Part shown: positions 35,537 to 46,852 of the stretch, piece by piece
How positions within the stretch are numbered: position 1 is the first letter of the stretch
Layout: every line of letters begins with the position of its first letter
From: Macrostomum hystrix
Lineage: Eukaryota > Animalia > Platyhelminthes
Assembly (NCBI GenBank): GCA_950097015.1
Contig: CATNEN010000008.1
Span: forward strand, 2,418,001 to 2,482,000
DNA: 64,000 nucleotides
Direction: 5' to 3'
Notes under the pieces: generated by a model
What the model saw: only the letters and a program-made list of their open reading frames with translations
What the model was told of the DNA's origin: nothing
Databases searched by the model: none
Translations under genes and position numbers: made by a program

Positions 35537-36963
35537 AACCCCTGTGCGCCTGTGCTACTGCTTCATGCTATAAATGCACTACTTCTTGACTTCAGGTCAA
35601 CCCCTGTGCGCCTGTGCTACTGCTTCATGCTATAAATGCACTACTTCTTGACTTCAGGTCAATCCTTGTGCGCCTGTGCTACTGCTTCATGCTATAAATG
35701 CACTACTTCTTGACTTCAGGTCAACCCCTGTGCGCCTGTGCTACTGCTTCATGCTATAAATGCACTACTTCTTGACTTCAGGTCAACCCTTGTGCGCCTG
35801 TGCTACTGCTTCATGCTATAAATGCACTACTTCTTGACTTCAGGTCAACCCTTGTGCGCCTGTGCTACTGCTTCATGCTATAAATGCACTACTTCTTGAC
35901 TTCAGGTCAACCCCTGTGCGCCTGTGCTACTGCTTCATGCTATAAATGCACTACTTCTTGACTTCAGGTCAACCCCTGTGCGCCTGTGCTACTGCTTCAT
36001 GCTATAAATGCACTACTTCTTGACTTCAGGTCAACCCCTGTGCGCCTGTGCTACTGCTTCATGCTATAAATGCACTACTTCTTGACTTCAGGTCAACCCC
36101 TGTGCGCCTGTGCTACTGCTTCATGCTATAAATGCACTACTTCTTGACTTCAGGTCAACCCCTGTGCGCCTGTGCTACTGCTTCATGCTATAAATGCACT
36201 ACTTCTTGACTTCAGGTCAACCCTTGTGCGCCTGTGCTACTGCTTCATGCTATAAATGCACTACTTCTTGACTTCAGGTCAACCCCTGTGCGCCTGTGCT
36301 ACTGCTTCATGCTATAAATGCACTACTTCTTGACTTCAGGTCAACCCCTGTGCGCCTGTGCTACTGCTTCATGCTATAAATGCACTACTTCTTGACTTCA
36401 GGTCAACCCCTGTGCGCCTGTGCTACTGCTTCATGCTATAAATGCACTACTTCTTGACTTCAGGTCAACCCCTGTGCGCCTGTGCTACTGCTTCATGCTA
36501 TAAATGCACTACTTCTTGACTTCAGGTCAACCCCTGTGCGCCTGTGCTACTGCTTCATGCTATAAATGCACTACTTCTTGACTTCAGGTCAACCCCTGTG
36601 CGCCTGTGCTACTGCTTCATGCTATAAATGCACTACTTCTTGACTTCAGGTCAACCCCTGTGCGCCTGTGCTACTGCTTCATGCTATAAATGCACTACTT
36701 CTTGACTTCAGGTCAACCCCTGTGCGCCTGTGCTACTGCTTCATGCTATAAATGCACTACTTCTTGACTTCAGGTCAACCCCTGTGCGCCTGTGCTACTG
36801 CTTCATGCTATAAATGCACTACTTCTTGACTTCAGGTCAACCCCTGTGCGCCTGTGCTACTGCTTCATGCTATAAATGCACTACTTCTTGACTTCAGGTC
36901 AACCCCTGTGCGCCTGTGCTACTGCTTCATGCTATAAATGCACTACTTCTTGACTTCATGTCA
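35537..36963. repeat. 62-bp minisatellite, about 23 near-identical copies, inside an insertion absent from the paralog
   Basis: Unit AACCCCTGTGCGCCTGTGCTACTGCTTCATGCTATAAATGCACTACTTCTTGACTTCAGGTC. The insertion includes a DNA-transposon-like terminus, CCTAGCTACGCCACTG, at about 37050-37065. Confidence 0.95.
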
Positions 36964-37960
36964 AACTTAAAAACGAAAAATAAACTAAAAAATAAGGTTC
37001 ATTTACTTCTGCCCCCATATCCCGTGGCGATATCTCCCTATTTTCAAATCCTAGCTACGCCACTGCTTAGATACATTAATTACTGCTCTAATTAATGTAA
37101 TTAATTAATTAATTACATTAATAACAAGAAAAAGTGTTCTTAAAGTTTTTAATGTTCTAAAATGTTCACTAACTTCACAGCAGCCTTTGAAGAAATGTAC
37201 ATTTTATGACACACTGAATTTCATCAATTAAATGTATGTTTCAAAATCTTTCAGAACCAATAAACGTATTTTCAGCAGAAAAGGACAGAAATTATTTTTT
37301 TTTTGCAATATCTTTGGCAGAACAAAACATTTCGCTGTCTTTCCGTTTCGTTGAACCACAGACTCTCGTTTATTGGTTTCTCAATAGTACCTTTATGATT
37401 TGGTTTCGCAATTTCAATTTCTAAAGTAAATCGTACTAGGTAAACTTGCCAATTGTACTTGGATCTCCAACATGACAAACTTTTTAAGTACAGTCAAGTA
37501 CAAAGTACCATTGCTGACTTGATAAGTTTACAATGTTTTTTTCCTCGGGCAGTGGGTATTTCAAATGCCCATATATTTCTTTCAAAATATTCAACCAATT
37601 GCCATGAAAATTCTGATGACAAGCTGAAATTTTCCGCTCAATCCGATGAAACAACTTACAAAATCATAAATCGGCATCGTCGATTCATTCAACGAGATAT
37701 TCAACGATTCTCGGCAGGTGTCTGGTGGCAGAAAGCACTAAAATAGGCATAATTCTTCTGCTCACAAAATTTCATCATGTAACCATGTCGGCTATCACAT
37801 TTAACTGTTTCCAGTTGATGTACGAGCGTAATTTTTAATTTTACTTGTTCTTGTCACCAGGGTCTTTGACAAGAACCGCTGAAATCTCGACGATGCTGAC
37901 TCGGACAGCTTTGGAAGTTAGTTCATTGTAAAAGGCAGAAAATTTATACGAGACGGCTCG

Positions 37961-38492
37961 CATATATGGTCATTTGGTCTTTGGAGCTATCGTGAAGTAG
38001 GCAGGTCTTTCCCCATATATGGTCATTTGGTCTTTGGAGCTATCGTGAAGTAGGCAGGTCTTTCCCCATATATGGTCATTTGGTCTTTGGAGCTATCGTG
38101 AAGTAGGCAGGTCTTTCCCCATATATGGTCATTTGGTCTTTGGAGCTATCGTGAAGTAGGCAGGTCTTTCCCCATATATGGTCATTTGGTCTTTGGAGCT
38201 ATCGTGAAGTAGGCAGGTCTTTCCCCATATATGGTCATTTGGTCTTTGGAGCTATCGTGAAGTAGGCAGGTCTTTCCCCATATATGGTCATTTGGTCTTT
38301 GGAGCTATCGTGAAGTAGGCAGGTCTTTCCCCATATATGGTCATTTGGTCTTTGGAGCTATCGTGAAGTAGGCAGGTCTTTCCCCATATATGGTCATTTG
38401 GTCTTTGGAGCTATCGTGAAGTAGGCAGGTCTTTCCCCATATATGGTCATTTGGTCTTTGGAGCTATCGTGAAGTAGGCAGGTCTTTCCCCA
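37961..38492. repeat. 53-bp minisatellite, about 10 copies
   Basis: Unit CATATATGGTCATTTGGTCTTTGGAGCTATCGTGAAGTAGGCAGGTCTTTCCC. Confidence 0.95.
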
Positions 38493-39164
38493 GGGGGGAA
38501 ATTAAGCATGTTATTTGTAGTGTTAATAAAAACCACTTACCTTCGTATTTCAGCAAGATTTTTGATAACCTGGAGAACGTACCTAACTTTTGGTGACCTA
38601 TCTAAATTGTCTCAATTCAATGTATAAAAGCTTGTTAAGCTATGAGGCAATCCTTGGGTAATTCTGTCTTCTTGATTATTCTACTAGTTTCTTGCTGCTG
38701 TTTTCAAAGCTTACATTTATGGTAAAACTAAGCAACTCATTTCCTCAAAGTTTTAATGGTTTTGTATGCAATTTAGTATTCAAAGCCGAGCTTCTCTTGC
38801 CACTTTAGATTAACAAAAGCTCCCGTGATAGAAACTGGCTTTAGAAAAACTTAAAGCTTCTATGCGAAAGGCACTAAAGCTTGTCGCCTAAGACAATTTC
38901 TAAACAATGTCGCCTAGAAATCAGCACGGGAAGAATCTGAATCAACAAAGTTTCAGACCATTCTCAAAGTTTTCCATTGTCTGCTATTTTGCTCATGGAC
39001 CATGTGAATTTCTAAACATGTGGAGCGATGCTTTTTTTCTTCGCTGTTTTCGTACGACAGCTTTTGTTCAGGCATCTAACTTTGTATTCTACTAGTCTCA
39101 TTGAAACACCTTTATTAAAGCATTTTGATGTCGCCCTTCTTCAGCTAAACGCACCTGACGGCGG

Positions 39165-39444
39165 CGCCATAGAGCTCTGAATCTAGAAACTGGAGAGACA
39201 ACTCCGCGCCAAACCCCAATTTTCCGGAACAGGTATGGGCTGACTGGCAGTCCCGAAATGCACTCGGCAGATAGGAAATTCTGATGCACTACTTAGAGAA
39301 TAACACAGATAACTTCTGTATCGTGCGACAGATTCTCAAAATCCTATCTGCCGAGTGTATTTCGGGACAGCCAGACAGCCCATACTGGTCCCGAAAATGG
39401 CGCGGAGTTGTCTCTCCAGTTTCTAGATGCAGAGCTCTATGGCG
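39165..39444. mobile_element. Small fold-back element (about 115-bp inverted arms)
   Basis: CGCCATAGAGCTCTG...GATAGGA is mirrored by TCCTATC...CAGAGCTCTATGGCG. No clear TSD. Confidence 0.7.
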
Positions 39445-39764
39445 GTACCGGCTCATAGAAAGGGGAGAAACGGGCCTCATCCCTCCGCACAACTTCACCT
39501 CTGATGACATTAGTAGCTTTGGATGTGACTGAGTTGGCAAGATCCCAGGGACCAGGGGGGAAAAGACCAGGATTGTGAGTGACCCTAACGCAATGGGGCT
39601 TCCGCTCTTAAGGAGAAGTGCTTTTGGCTCACCCCCAGGCCAATGGCAGGAAATAGGGACACTGTTCCAGCTGTGCCGGCTGTTCACAGGGAGTAGACGG
39701 ATCAGAAAGAGACAGGACTTTTGCATAGGGGGATTATTAGGGGTGCAACTAAGATAGAGAGCCC

Positions 39765-40030
39765 ACGGCGAGGCCACATTCATTTGGGGCGCAGCCGCGG
39801 AGAGAAGGCTTGGGGGCTTGTCGTGCAATTTACGCCCTTGTGGGCCAACCTCCAAGGCACAGTGAAGTGTACACTGCCTGGCGATGAGAAAGTCAGGGCA
39901 GATGTACACACCTGTGTGAGCGTATGCCAGCGTACAGTATCTGTGTGCGTGTGTGCTCAGGAGTCAGCGAAATGGGCAGAATTGCTTCCTCGCTGGCTGT
40001 GGGTCTAGTGTCACTAAATGATGTGCAAGA
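39765..40030 (+). mobile_element. SINE family C copy, 5' degraded
   Basis: Similar to 30670-31020 and 50457-50765. Confidence 0.7.
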
Positions 40031-40402
40031 CTATTCTAACCCTATGAGTACATTAGGCTTACATTAGCGTTATGTGATAGCTTAAGACTGAAGGCTGGCC
40101 AAGAATTGATTCACAAGAACGTAGCGAGCCAGTTGGAAGTTGCGGCTCCTTATATTATCGTTCTGTTCTATTTGACCCTAGGGCTTAGGGCACGGCTGGG
40201 CCCCGCGGGCCAGCCACCTCAACTAGCACGCAAGCCACGCGTGACACTGGTAAACAACTCAGCTTGCACTAAGAACCGACAGACAAAAACAATCGATGGT
40301 AGCAGAGCCATAATACAAAGTGGTGCAGAGTGAACGCATTGAATAACATTCAAGAGTCCATTGAATAACATCACATCTCCCCTCTGAGTCAGTTTTCTCC
40401 CA

Positions 40403-43400
40403 TCACAGCTGCAGTCTCTCAGGTGGGCCACGAGCTCTCAGAGGGTACCGACGGGGATTCGTGGCATCCCGACGCGCGTTGCTCTCCGGTCCGTCGGCGG
40501 GTTCAGGTGCCGCCTCGCCGATGGTGGCGCCGCTGGCGACAGTATCAGGAGTGGCGCGCGCACCGCCAGTTCTCAGGGTTGCGTCACCGCCGCCATCAGT
40601 CAGCGGCTGGCCGGCATCAGCGATGTCGAGGTCGAAGCCGTCAGCGCGGGCCGCAACCAGCTGATCCGCATGCCGCATGTGCTGACCGCGCTGCGAGTCG
40701 ACGATGCAGTTGCGGCTGCCAGCGCCCTTGATGACGCCCTCCGCCCAGCGCGGCGTGTCGCCGGCTCTCGCACCGGCGCTGAAGTCGCGGAAGAGCACAC
40801 GATCACCGGTTTGGAACTCACGAGCCGCCTTCCTGCTCGGTAGCAGCTGCTCCTGTCGCTGTCGCACGTCGTCGGCCAGTGACGGTGCCAGTAGATCCAG
40901 GCGGCATCGGAGCCGCCGGCCGATGAGTATTTGGCTGGGAGCGACGCCGCTGACGCTGTGCGGCGTGTTGCGGTAGCCGAGCAGCAGTCGCTGGAGCTCG
41001 GCATCAGAATGACCGCTCTTGAGCAGATGCCGCTTTAGCACTTGGACGAAGCGCTCGGCTTGGCCATTCGTGGCAGGATGGAAAGGTGCCGAGAACACAT
41101 GACGAATGCCATTGGCTCGGGTGAATTCGGCGAACTCGGCGGAGGCGAACTGCGGCCCGTTGTCGGACACCAGCGTGCGCGGGATGCCCTGGCGGGCGAA
41201 GATCTCCCGCAGACTCGCGATTGTGGCTGCCGCTGTGGTGCAGCGCATCCGCACGACCTCCGGCCACTTGCTGTGGGCGTCCACCACCACCAGGTACACA
41301 TGACCGTCGACAGGCCCGGCGAAGTCGACATGCAGGCGCTCCCACGGCTCCGACGGGAACGGCCACGGCTGCACGGGCGCCTTTGGCTGGTTGAGCTGAC
41401 AGGTCCTGCAGGTCTTAGTAGCAGCCTCCAAATCGCCGTCGATTCCTGGCCACCAGACGTAGCTGCGAGCTAGGGCGCGCATTCTGCTGGTGCCTGGATG
41501 CGCCTGGTGGAGCTCTTGGATCACGTGATCGCGCAGCGCCGCTGGTACTACGACTCTGGCGCCCCACAACACGCAGCCTTGGTCAACCGACAGCTCCGTC
41601 TGCCGCCGGGCGTAGTCGCTCAGCTCGGCGCCGATGGGCGCCCCAGTCTGCAGGCAGCGTAGCACGCGGCCCAGCGATGCGTCTGTCCGCGTGTGTCGCG
41701 CCACCGTCTGCGCCGTGACGGCCGATCCGGCCCCCTCGTCGAGTAGCAGCGAGTTGACGGCCGCCTCCTCCTTGAACAGCTGCGGCAGCGGCAGTCGCGA
41801 GAGCGAGTCGCAGTTAGCGTGCTTCTCCGTCGGCCGGAACTCGAGCGCATAGTCGTAGCTCGCCAGGCGGATGGCCCAGCGCTGCATGCGGGCGGCCGCA
41901 TGCGCCGGGATGCCCTTGCGCTCGCCTAGCAGCCCCAGCAGCGGCAGATGGTCAGTGACGATGGTGAAGCGGCGGCCATAGAGGAACTGGTGGAAGCGGT
42001 CCAGGCCGAACATGATGGCCAGTGCCTCCTTGTCCAGTTGCGAGTAGCCGCGCTGTGCCGTGGTCAGGCTCCGGCTAGCGAAGGCGACCGCGCAGTCCTT
42101 GTCGCCGATGCGGTGCGTCAGCACTACGCCAAGGCCGTAGGGAGAGGCGTCGCACTCCAATCGCAGCGGCAGGTCCGGGCTGTAGTGCACGAGCACCGGG
42201 GACCGAAGCAGCAGCCGCTTTGCCTCGGCGAACGCTTGCTGCTGCGGCCGTTCCCAGGACCAGCGCGTGTTCTTGACCAGGAGCTGATGCAGCGGCGCCA
42301 GCACGGTGGATAGATTCGGCAGGAATTTGCCGTACTGCGCCAGCATTCCAAGAAACGAGCGCAGCTGGCTGACGTCCGTCGGGGCAGGTGCGTCCTGGAC
42401 TGCGGCGACTCGGTCAGGCAGCGGGCTGAGGCCGTTTGCGTCGATGCGATGCCCAAGATACTCGACCGAGTCCTTGAAGAACTGGCACTTGCTCTTGTTC
42501 AGGCGAAGGCCGGCGCCCTGCAGGCGTTGCAGAGCCAGCGCGAGATTCTTCTTGTGCTGCTGCAGAGTGCGGCCGGTGACCAGTATGTCGTCGACGAACA
42601 CTTGGACGGCGTCCAGGTCTCCCAGCAGGGTGTCCAGCGTCCGCTGGAAGATTGCGCTGGCGCTCGAGATACCGAAAGGCAGGCGGTTGACTTGGAAAAG
42701 ACCTCGCGGCGTGTTGATGGTGAGGAACGCCTTGCTGTCTTCGGCCAGCGGAAGCTGCAAGAAGGCGTTGGACAGGTCCAGCTTGGACCATTTGCAGCCG
42801 CCGCCGAGCTTCGCAAAGAGATCCTCGATCCGCGGCAGTGGATAGTGCTCCGGCCGGCTCGCCTGGTTGTAGGTCAGCTTGTAGTCGCCGCAGATCCGGA
42901 CGCTGCCATCCTTCTTAACAACCGGTACGATCGGCGCTGCCCAGTAGCTGTGCTTGACGGCCGTGATGATCCCGCTGGCCTCCATGCGCTGAAGCTCGGC
43001 GTCAACACGCTCCCGAAGAGCGTAGGGGACTGGGCGGGCCTTGAAGAACTTCGGCTGCGCGTCATCGGAGACTTGCAACCGCACCTGACCGTGCCGAAAC
43101 TCACCGAGGCCGTCTTCGAAGACTGGCGCGAACTCCTTGATGAGGTCACCGATGCTCTCGTCCGCGGAGACGGCGTGGACCTGCGCCATGATGCTCGGCC
43201 AGTCCAGCCGCAGCTTAGCCAGCCAGTCCCGTCCGAGCAGCGCCGATTCGCCCTGCGTGACGACAAGCAGCGGGAGCTGCAGCTGCTGGCTATTGTGGTT
43301 GACGGTGACCACCGCCTGGCCGATGGGGCGAAATCGTTCGTCGGTGAAGGTGCGCAGGACGGCGGTTGATGGCTTCAGTGGGAGCTGCGGCAGAAGCCTC

Positions 43401-43534
43401 CGCTGCAAATTCTGCGGCAATAGAGTGACAGCGGAGCCGGTGTCGATGATGAACTGGCACTGGCGCCCGTTCACTTGTAGCTGCACCGTCGGTCCTAAGC
43501 TGCCACAGGGCGGCTGGACGGTGAAAATCGGCAT
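40403..43534 (-). CDS. pol: Pol polyprotein (protease, reverse transcriptase, RNase H, integrase)
   Basis: Protease IDTGS; RT motifs LPFG and FVDDILV; RNase H CDASPYGLG and DHLPL; integrase HQAHPG...CRTC, LHVDFAGP, SDNGPQF and NGQAERFV. The frame stays open upstream to 43861 and includes the zinc knuckles. Confidence 0.97.
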   Translation of the reverse strand: MPIFTVQPPCGSLGPTVQLQVNGRQCQFIIDTGSAVTLLPQNLQRRLLPQLPLKPSTAVLRTFTDERFRPIGQAVVTVNHNSQQLQLPLLVVTQGESALLGRDWLAKLRLDWPSIMAQVHAVSADESIGDLIKEFAPVFEDGLGEFRHGQVRLQVSDDAQPKFFKARPVPYALRERVDAELQRMEASGIITAVKHSYWAAPIVPVVKKDGSVRICGDYKLTYNQASRPEHYPLPRIEDLFAKLGGGCKWSKLDLSNAFLQLPLAEDSKAFLTINTPRGLFQVNRLPFGISSASAIFQRTLDTLLGDLDAVQVFVDDILVTGRTLQQHKKNLALALQRLQGAGLRLNKSKCQFFKDSVEYLGHRIDANGLSPLPDRVAAVQDAPAPTDVSQLRSFLGMLAQYGKFLPNLSTVLAPLHQLLVKNTRWSWERPQQQAFAEAKRLLLRSPVLVHYSPDLPLRLECDASPYGLGVVLTHRIGDKDCAVAFASRSLTTAQRGYSQLDKEALAIMFGLDRFHQFLYGRRFTIVTDHLPLLGLLGERKGIPAHAAARMQRWAIRLASYDYALEFRPTEKHANCDSLSRLPLPQLFKEEAAVNSLLLDEGAGSAVTAQTVARHTRTDASLGRVLRCLQTGAPIGAELSDYARRQTELSVDQGCVLWGARVVVPAALRDHVIQELHQAHPGTSRMRALARSYVWWPGIDGDLEAATKTCRTCQLNQPKAPVQPWPFPSEPWERLHVDFAGPVDGHVYLVVVDAHSKWPEVVRMRCTTAAATIASLREIFARQGIPRTLVSDNGPQFASAEFAEFTRANGIRHVFSAPFHPATNGQAERFVQVLKRHLLKSGHSDAELQRLLLGYRNTPHSVSGVAPSQILIGRRLRCRLDLLAPSLADDVRQRQEQLLPSRKAAREFQTGDRVLFRDFSAGARAGDTPRWAEGVIKGAGSRNCIVDSQRGQHMRHADQLVAARADGFDLDIADAGQPLTDGGGDATLRTGGARATPDTVASGATIGEAAPEPADGPESNARRDATNPRRYPLRARGPPERLQL

Positions 43535-44391
43535 CTGCGACGAGGCATCCGGTGACGAAGGCGAGGTTTCCTGCAGAAGCTGCAGCTTGGGCGAGCGGCA
43601 GACCTTGCGGATGTGGCCCGTCTTGCCGCATGAATGGCATTTGGCGTCTCGCAGCTTGCAGAGTTGACGGCTGTGGGCGCCACCACAGCTTGCGCAGGTT
43701 CCACCATTTCGGCCGTTGTCTCCGCCTTTGCCGGAGTTGCCGCTATTTCCGCCCTTGACGCTTCGTTGATGTGGAGAGTCGCCGCCGAGTGCAGCTGGAG
43801 TGGCACCTCGGCGCTCCGCTTGCCTCCATGCGTGCGCAACTGGGCGACGGCCGCCGTCGGCTTACTTGCCATCTCCTGCGAGGATCGCTCGGTTGACTCA
43901 AGGAGGAGCATTTTCTCCTGCAGCGATTTGAATGTGGGATTCACCTCCTCCAGGAGCTTCGCACGGAAGGCGTCGCTGTACAGTCCGAAGACAAGCTGGT
44001 CGCGCAGCCGCTCCTCCAATGAGTTCTGGAAGGCGCAATGAGCGGACAAGGCCTTCAAGCCAGCGACAAAGTCCGTGAAACTCTCGCCGGGTTGCTGCAC
44101 GCGCCGCTGGAAACGAAATCGAGCTGCCAGCACTGAAGGCTTCGGTGCATAGTGGTCGCGCAGAATCTCAGACAGCTGGTCCAGCGTCTTGTCCGCTACC
44201 TTGTCAGGCTGGCACAGATTGCGTAGCACCGTGTAGGCCTCCGCGCCAATTGCCGTAACAAGTGTGGCCACCTTCGCCTCCTCTTTCACATCTTTGCATG
44301 TGAAGTAGTGATCTAGTCTCTCCAGATATACATCGATATCTGTGTTAGCGGAGAGCACGGGGATTCCACCTAGCGCGGAACTCGTCGCCAT
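43495..44391 (-). CDS. gag: Gag (capsid part); zinc knuckles lie in the -1 (pol) frame
   Basis: YLERLDHYF...ARFRFQRRVQQPGESFTDFVAGLKALSAHCAF...RLRDQLVFGL is typical of Mag-clade Gag. Confidence 0.9.
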   Translation of the reverse strand: MATSSALGGIPVLSANTDIDVYLERLDHYFTCKDVKEEAKVATLVTAIGAEAYTVLRNLCQPDKVADKTLDQLSEILRDHYAPKPSVLAARFRFQRRVQQPGESFTDFVAGLKALSAHCAFQNSLEERLRDQLVFGLYSDAFRAKLLEEVNPTFKSLQEKMLLLESTERSSQEMASKPTAAVAQLRTHGGKRSAEVPLQLHSAATLHINEASRAEIAATPAKAETTAEMVEPAQAVVAPTAVNSASCETPNAIHAARRATSARSAARPSCSFCRKPRLRHRMPRRRCRFSPSSRPVAA

Positions 44392-44861
44392 TTGTGATAG
44401 CTTAAGACTGAAGGCTGGCCAAGAATTGATTCACAAGAACGTAGCGAGCCAGTTGGAAGTTGCGGCTCCTTATATTATCGTTCTGTTCTATTTGACCCTA
44501 GGGCTTAGGGCACGGCTGGGCCCCGCGGGCCAGCCACCTCAACTAGCACGCAAGCCACGCGTGACACTGGTAAACAACTCAGCTTGCACTAAGAACCGAC
44601 AGACAAAAACAATCGATGGTAGCAGAGCCATAATACAAAGTGGTGCAGAGTGAACGCATTGAATAACATTCAAGAGTCCATTGAATAACATCACACGTTA
44701 CATTTGGCTCATATTAGAACACACAGTATTATTTTAAATTCACCACCGAAGGGCGAAATTTAGACCGAACGGAGAGTCGGGTTCCAACAAGGTTGTCAAA
44801 GGTCTCTAAAGGTGTTCCAAAGAGGTCCAACGATCTTGTCCGAAATGCCTCCGCACCACCT

Positions 44862-44965
44862 CCTTTTTATAGAGCCAAAGTCACGCACACACGCCGTGAT
44901 CGCGTGATCAGCCCGACCTTGACAGACAATCGGATCACGTGCTCCGCCAGCCGGACGGTGATTGG
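44862..44965 (-). promoter_or_regulatory. Candidate Pol II promoter (CCAAT, E-box, TATA)
   Basis: On the minus strand: CCAAT at 44965-44961, CACGTG at 44941-44936 and TATAAAAAG at 44871-44863. Motif evidence only. Confidence 0.35.
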
Positions 44966-46852
44966 TTTTTAAAGTACTCGTAGGGAGTGGGGTGGGCGCG
45001 TAGGATGATTAATGGTATAAAAACAGAGACAGGGAGATGACAAGCGCAAAAAAGAGATTTGATTTATTACTATAACAACATTGGGGGGCAGGAAGGAGGT
45101 GGGTGCGCATTGACAGGTGGGAATGCTTAATGGGCGAAGAGCAATGGAAAGGAGGGAGGTGGGTGAACGCTGGAAAATCGCAAAAGTCATAAATTAGGAA
45201 AATGGAGGAGGGTGTACGAATTTGACAGGAGAAGAACCCCTAAATGATAATGATTTACGACCGGAGGAGGGGTTGGTGTTCAAGGTCACAGGAAAAGTGG
45301 TGAGTCATCGCGAAGGGGAAGGGAGGGTGAATTATTGGAATAATTTATTGACTTGACTATCAACATCAGTGTGTCTACTGAAAACCAAGACAGTGCTGGA
45401 CAACAAGCGCACTTAGCAAGCGACAAAGACGGGCAGGCGACGAAGCTACTGTAGCTGTCCGACCGCCAATGGGGTCGGCACTGGCAGGCGGGGATCGATA
45501 CTATCTTGCTTGAAAATGCCAAGACCTGGACATTGACAACTACACTAGAGCAGTGCCCTCGGGCCTGCTACGAGAGCTTAATTCAACAACGATGCCCTGT
45601 TCGTGATGACTTTGCTGCGACCCCTCAAAAATTTTGCGCTATGCCAGCGGATTTAGAGAAAATCCTACTAGCCACTAAAAGAGCCACCGAAGCACTCGAC
45701 CGATTATTGAGCACTTTCTGATTAGGAGGGTTGACTTTTAGAAAAAGGCCAATTTTCTACCAAAATTTTTTTGCAGTCCCTGATTTATACTCGTAGAGCT
45801 GCCGTTTTAAGTTGAAAAACTGAAGATCAAGTTCCCATCCCCAGCGAATCTTTTGTGGTAATGTGGCAGCCGGGCTAGTAGTTGGTGCACCCAGCTAGCC
45901 CGGCGGTAAAGCTGATCAGGTGTGACTTACATATCACTATGCATGCGCACCTCCCGCTAACGCATATAAGAACTTAGTCCGAAATATAAATTAACTTGCT
46001 TGCTCAACTTCGATCGCAAGCCCCCTTAAGTACGATCGCTACCTGAATTAAATTCGCTTCAATAATGCATCCAAGTTTCTTAAATCACACACATTGCCTT
46101 TTGCAAACTAAAATTAGGCATTAATATTCAACTATTAAATTAACTTACCTAGTAAAGTGACGCAGCTTTAATCTACTGCAGCAAAATGGGATAGAAATAG
46201 CTGGCTCGAAACCATAGCTATTACTCTTCTGCAGCGTTTTAGCGATGTGATCAATATTTAAATTATTTCAATACCTGGCAGTGCTGACTTGCAACGATGT
46301 GTTGTAGCAACCATTTTATTTTGCTCTTCATACAAAATATTAAAACATCACTCTAGTCGGGGAGATAGTTTTAGCTCAAGCACGCGTAACTGATGAATCT
46401 CTGGCTGCTATGTACTCTTTATTTGTGCATGTCCCGACAGATAGATATTCACACAATTCAGTCTGCCCGGCGTGTTTCCACCCGCCTCTTTTAGCAACTG
46501 ACTAGCAAGTTTAGCCCCCCATCCAGGGAGCATAAGCAGAATTTCAGGATTTGTATAATCCCTCTTATTAAGCTTATAAAACTAATTAAATTGTTCCCCT
46601 CAATAAGCTAATAAGTTGCCATCCGATTAGCCCTAAACAGAATCACCTCTATGCTTGCAACCTAAGCAGACTAAAACCAACCCCTCGATATTAATTATTT
46701 TAGCTCGCAGAAAAAATAATGTCAATCAATCATGATTCCCCCTTGTCAAATCATGCAGCTTCTTTGATAATCCCTCTACATAGCATGCTACTCCCTTGAT
46801 AATTATTGCTACCCCTTCTATAAAATTTGCTGCCTAATCATGCTACCACCTT

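Larger units (their letters stand above)
40073..44695 (-). mobile_element. Full-length Ty3/Gypsy LTR retrotransposon (Mag-like)
   Basis: 303-bp LTRs (40073-40375 and 44393-44695, TG...CA) that read identical, with a 5-bp TSD CGTTA. PBS TGGCGACGAG; PPT AGGGGAGA. Domain order is gag-PR-RT-RH-IN. Confidence 0.98.

Noticed and set aside
2541-38492. CRISPR-like appearance of the 23-62 bp arrays
   Set aside because: Units abut with no unique spacers, there are no cas genes, and the context is eukaryotic introns.
41042-43667. Long plus-strand ORFs antisense to pol (for example 42449-43369, 306 aa)
   Set aside because: Expected shadow ORFs of GC-rich coding DNA, with no recognisable motifs.
45280-45730. 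Short ORFs right of the LTR element as a viral remnant
   Set aside because: No recognisable motif, and the frames are interrupted.
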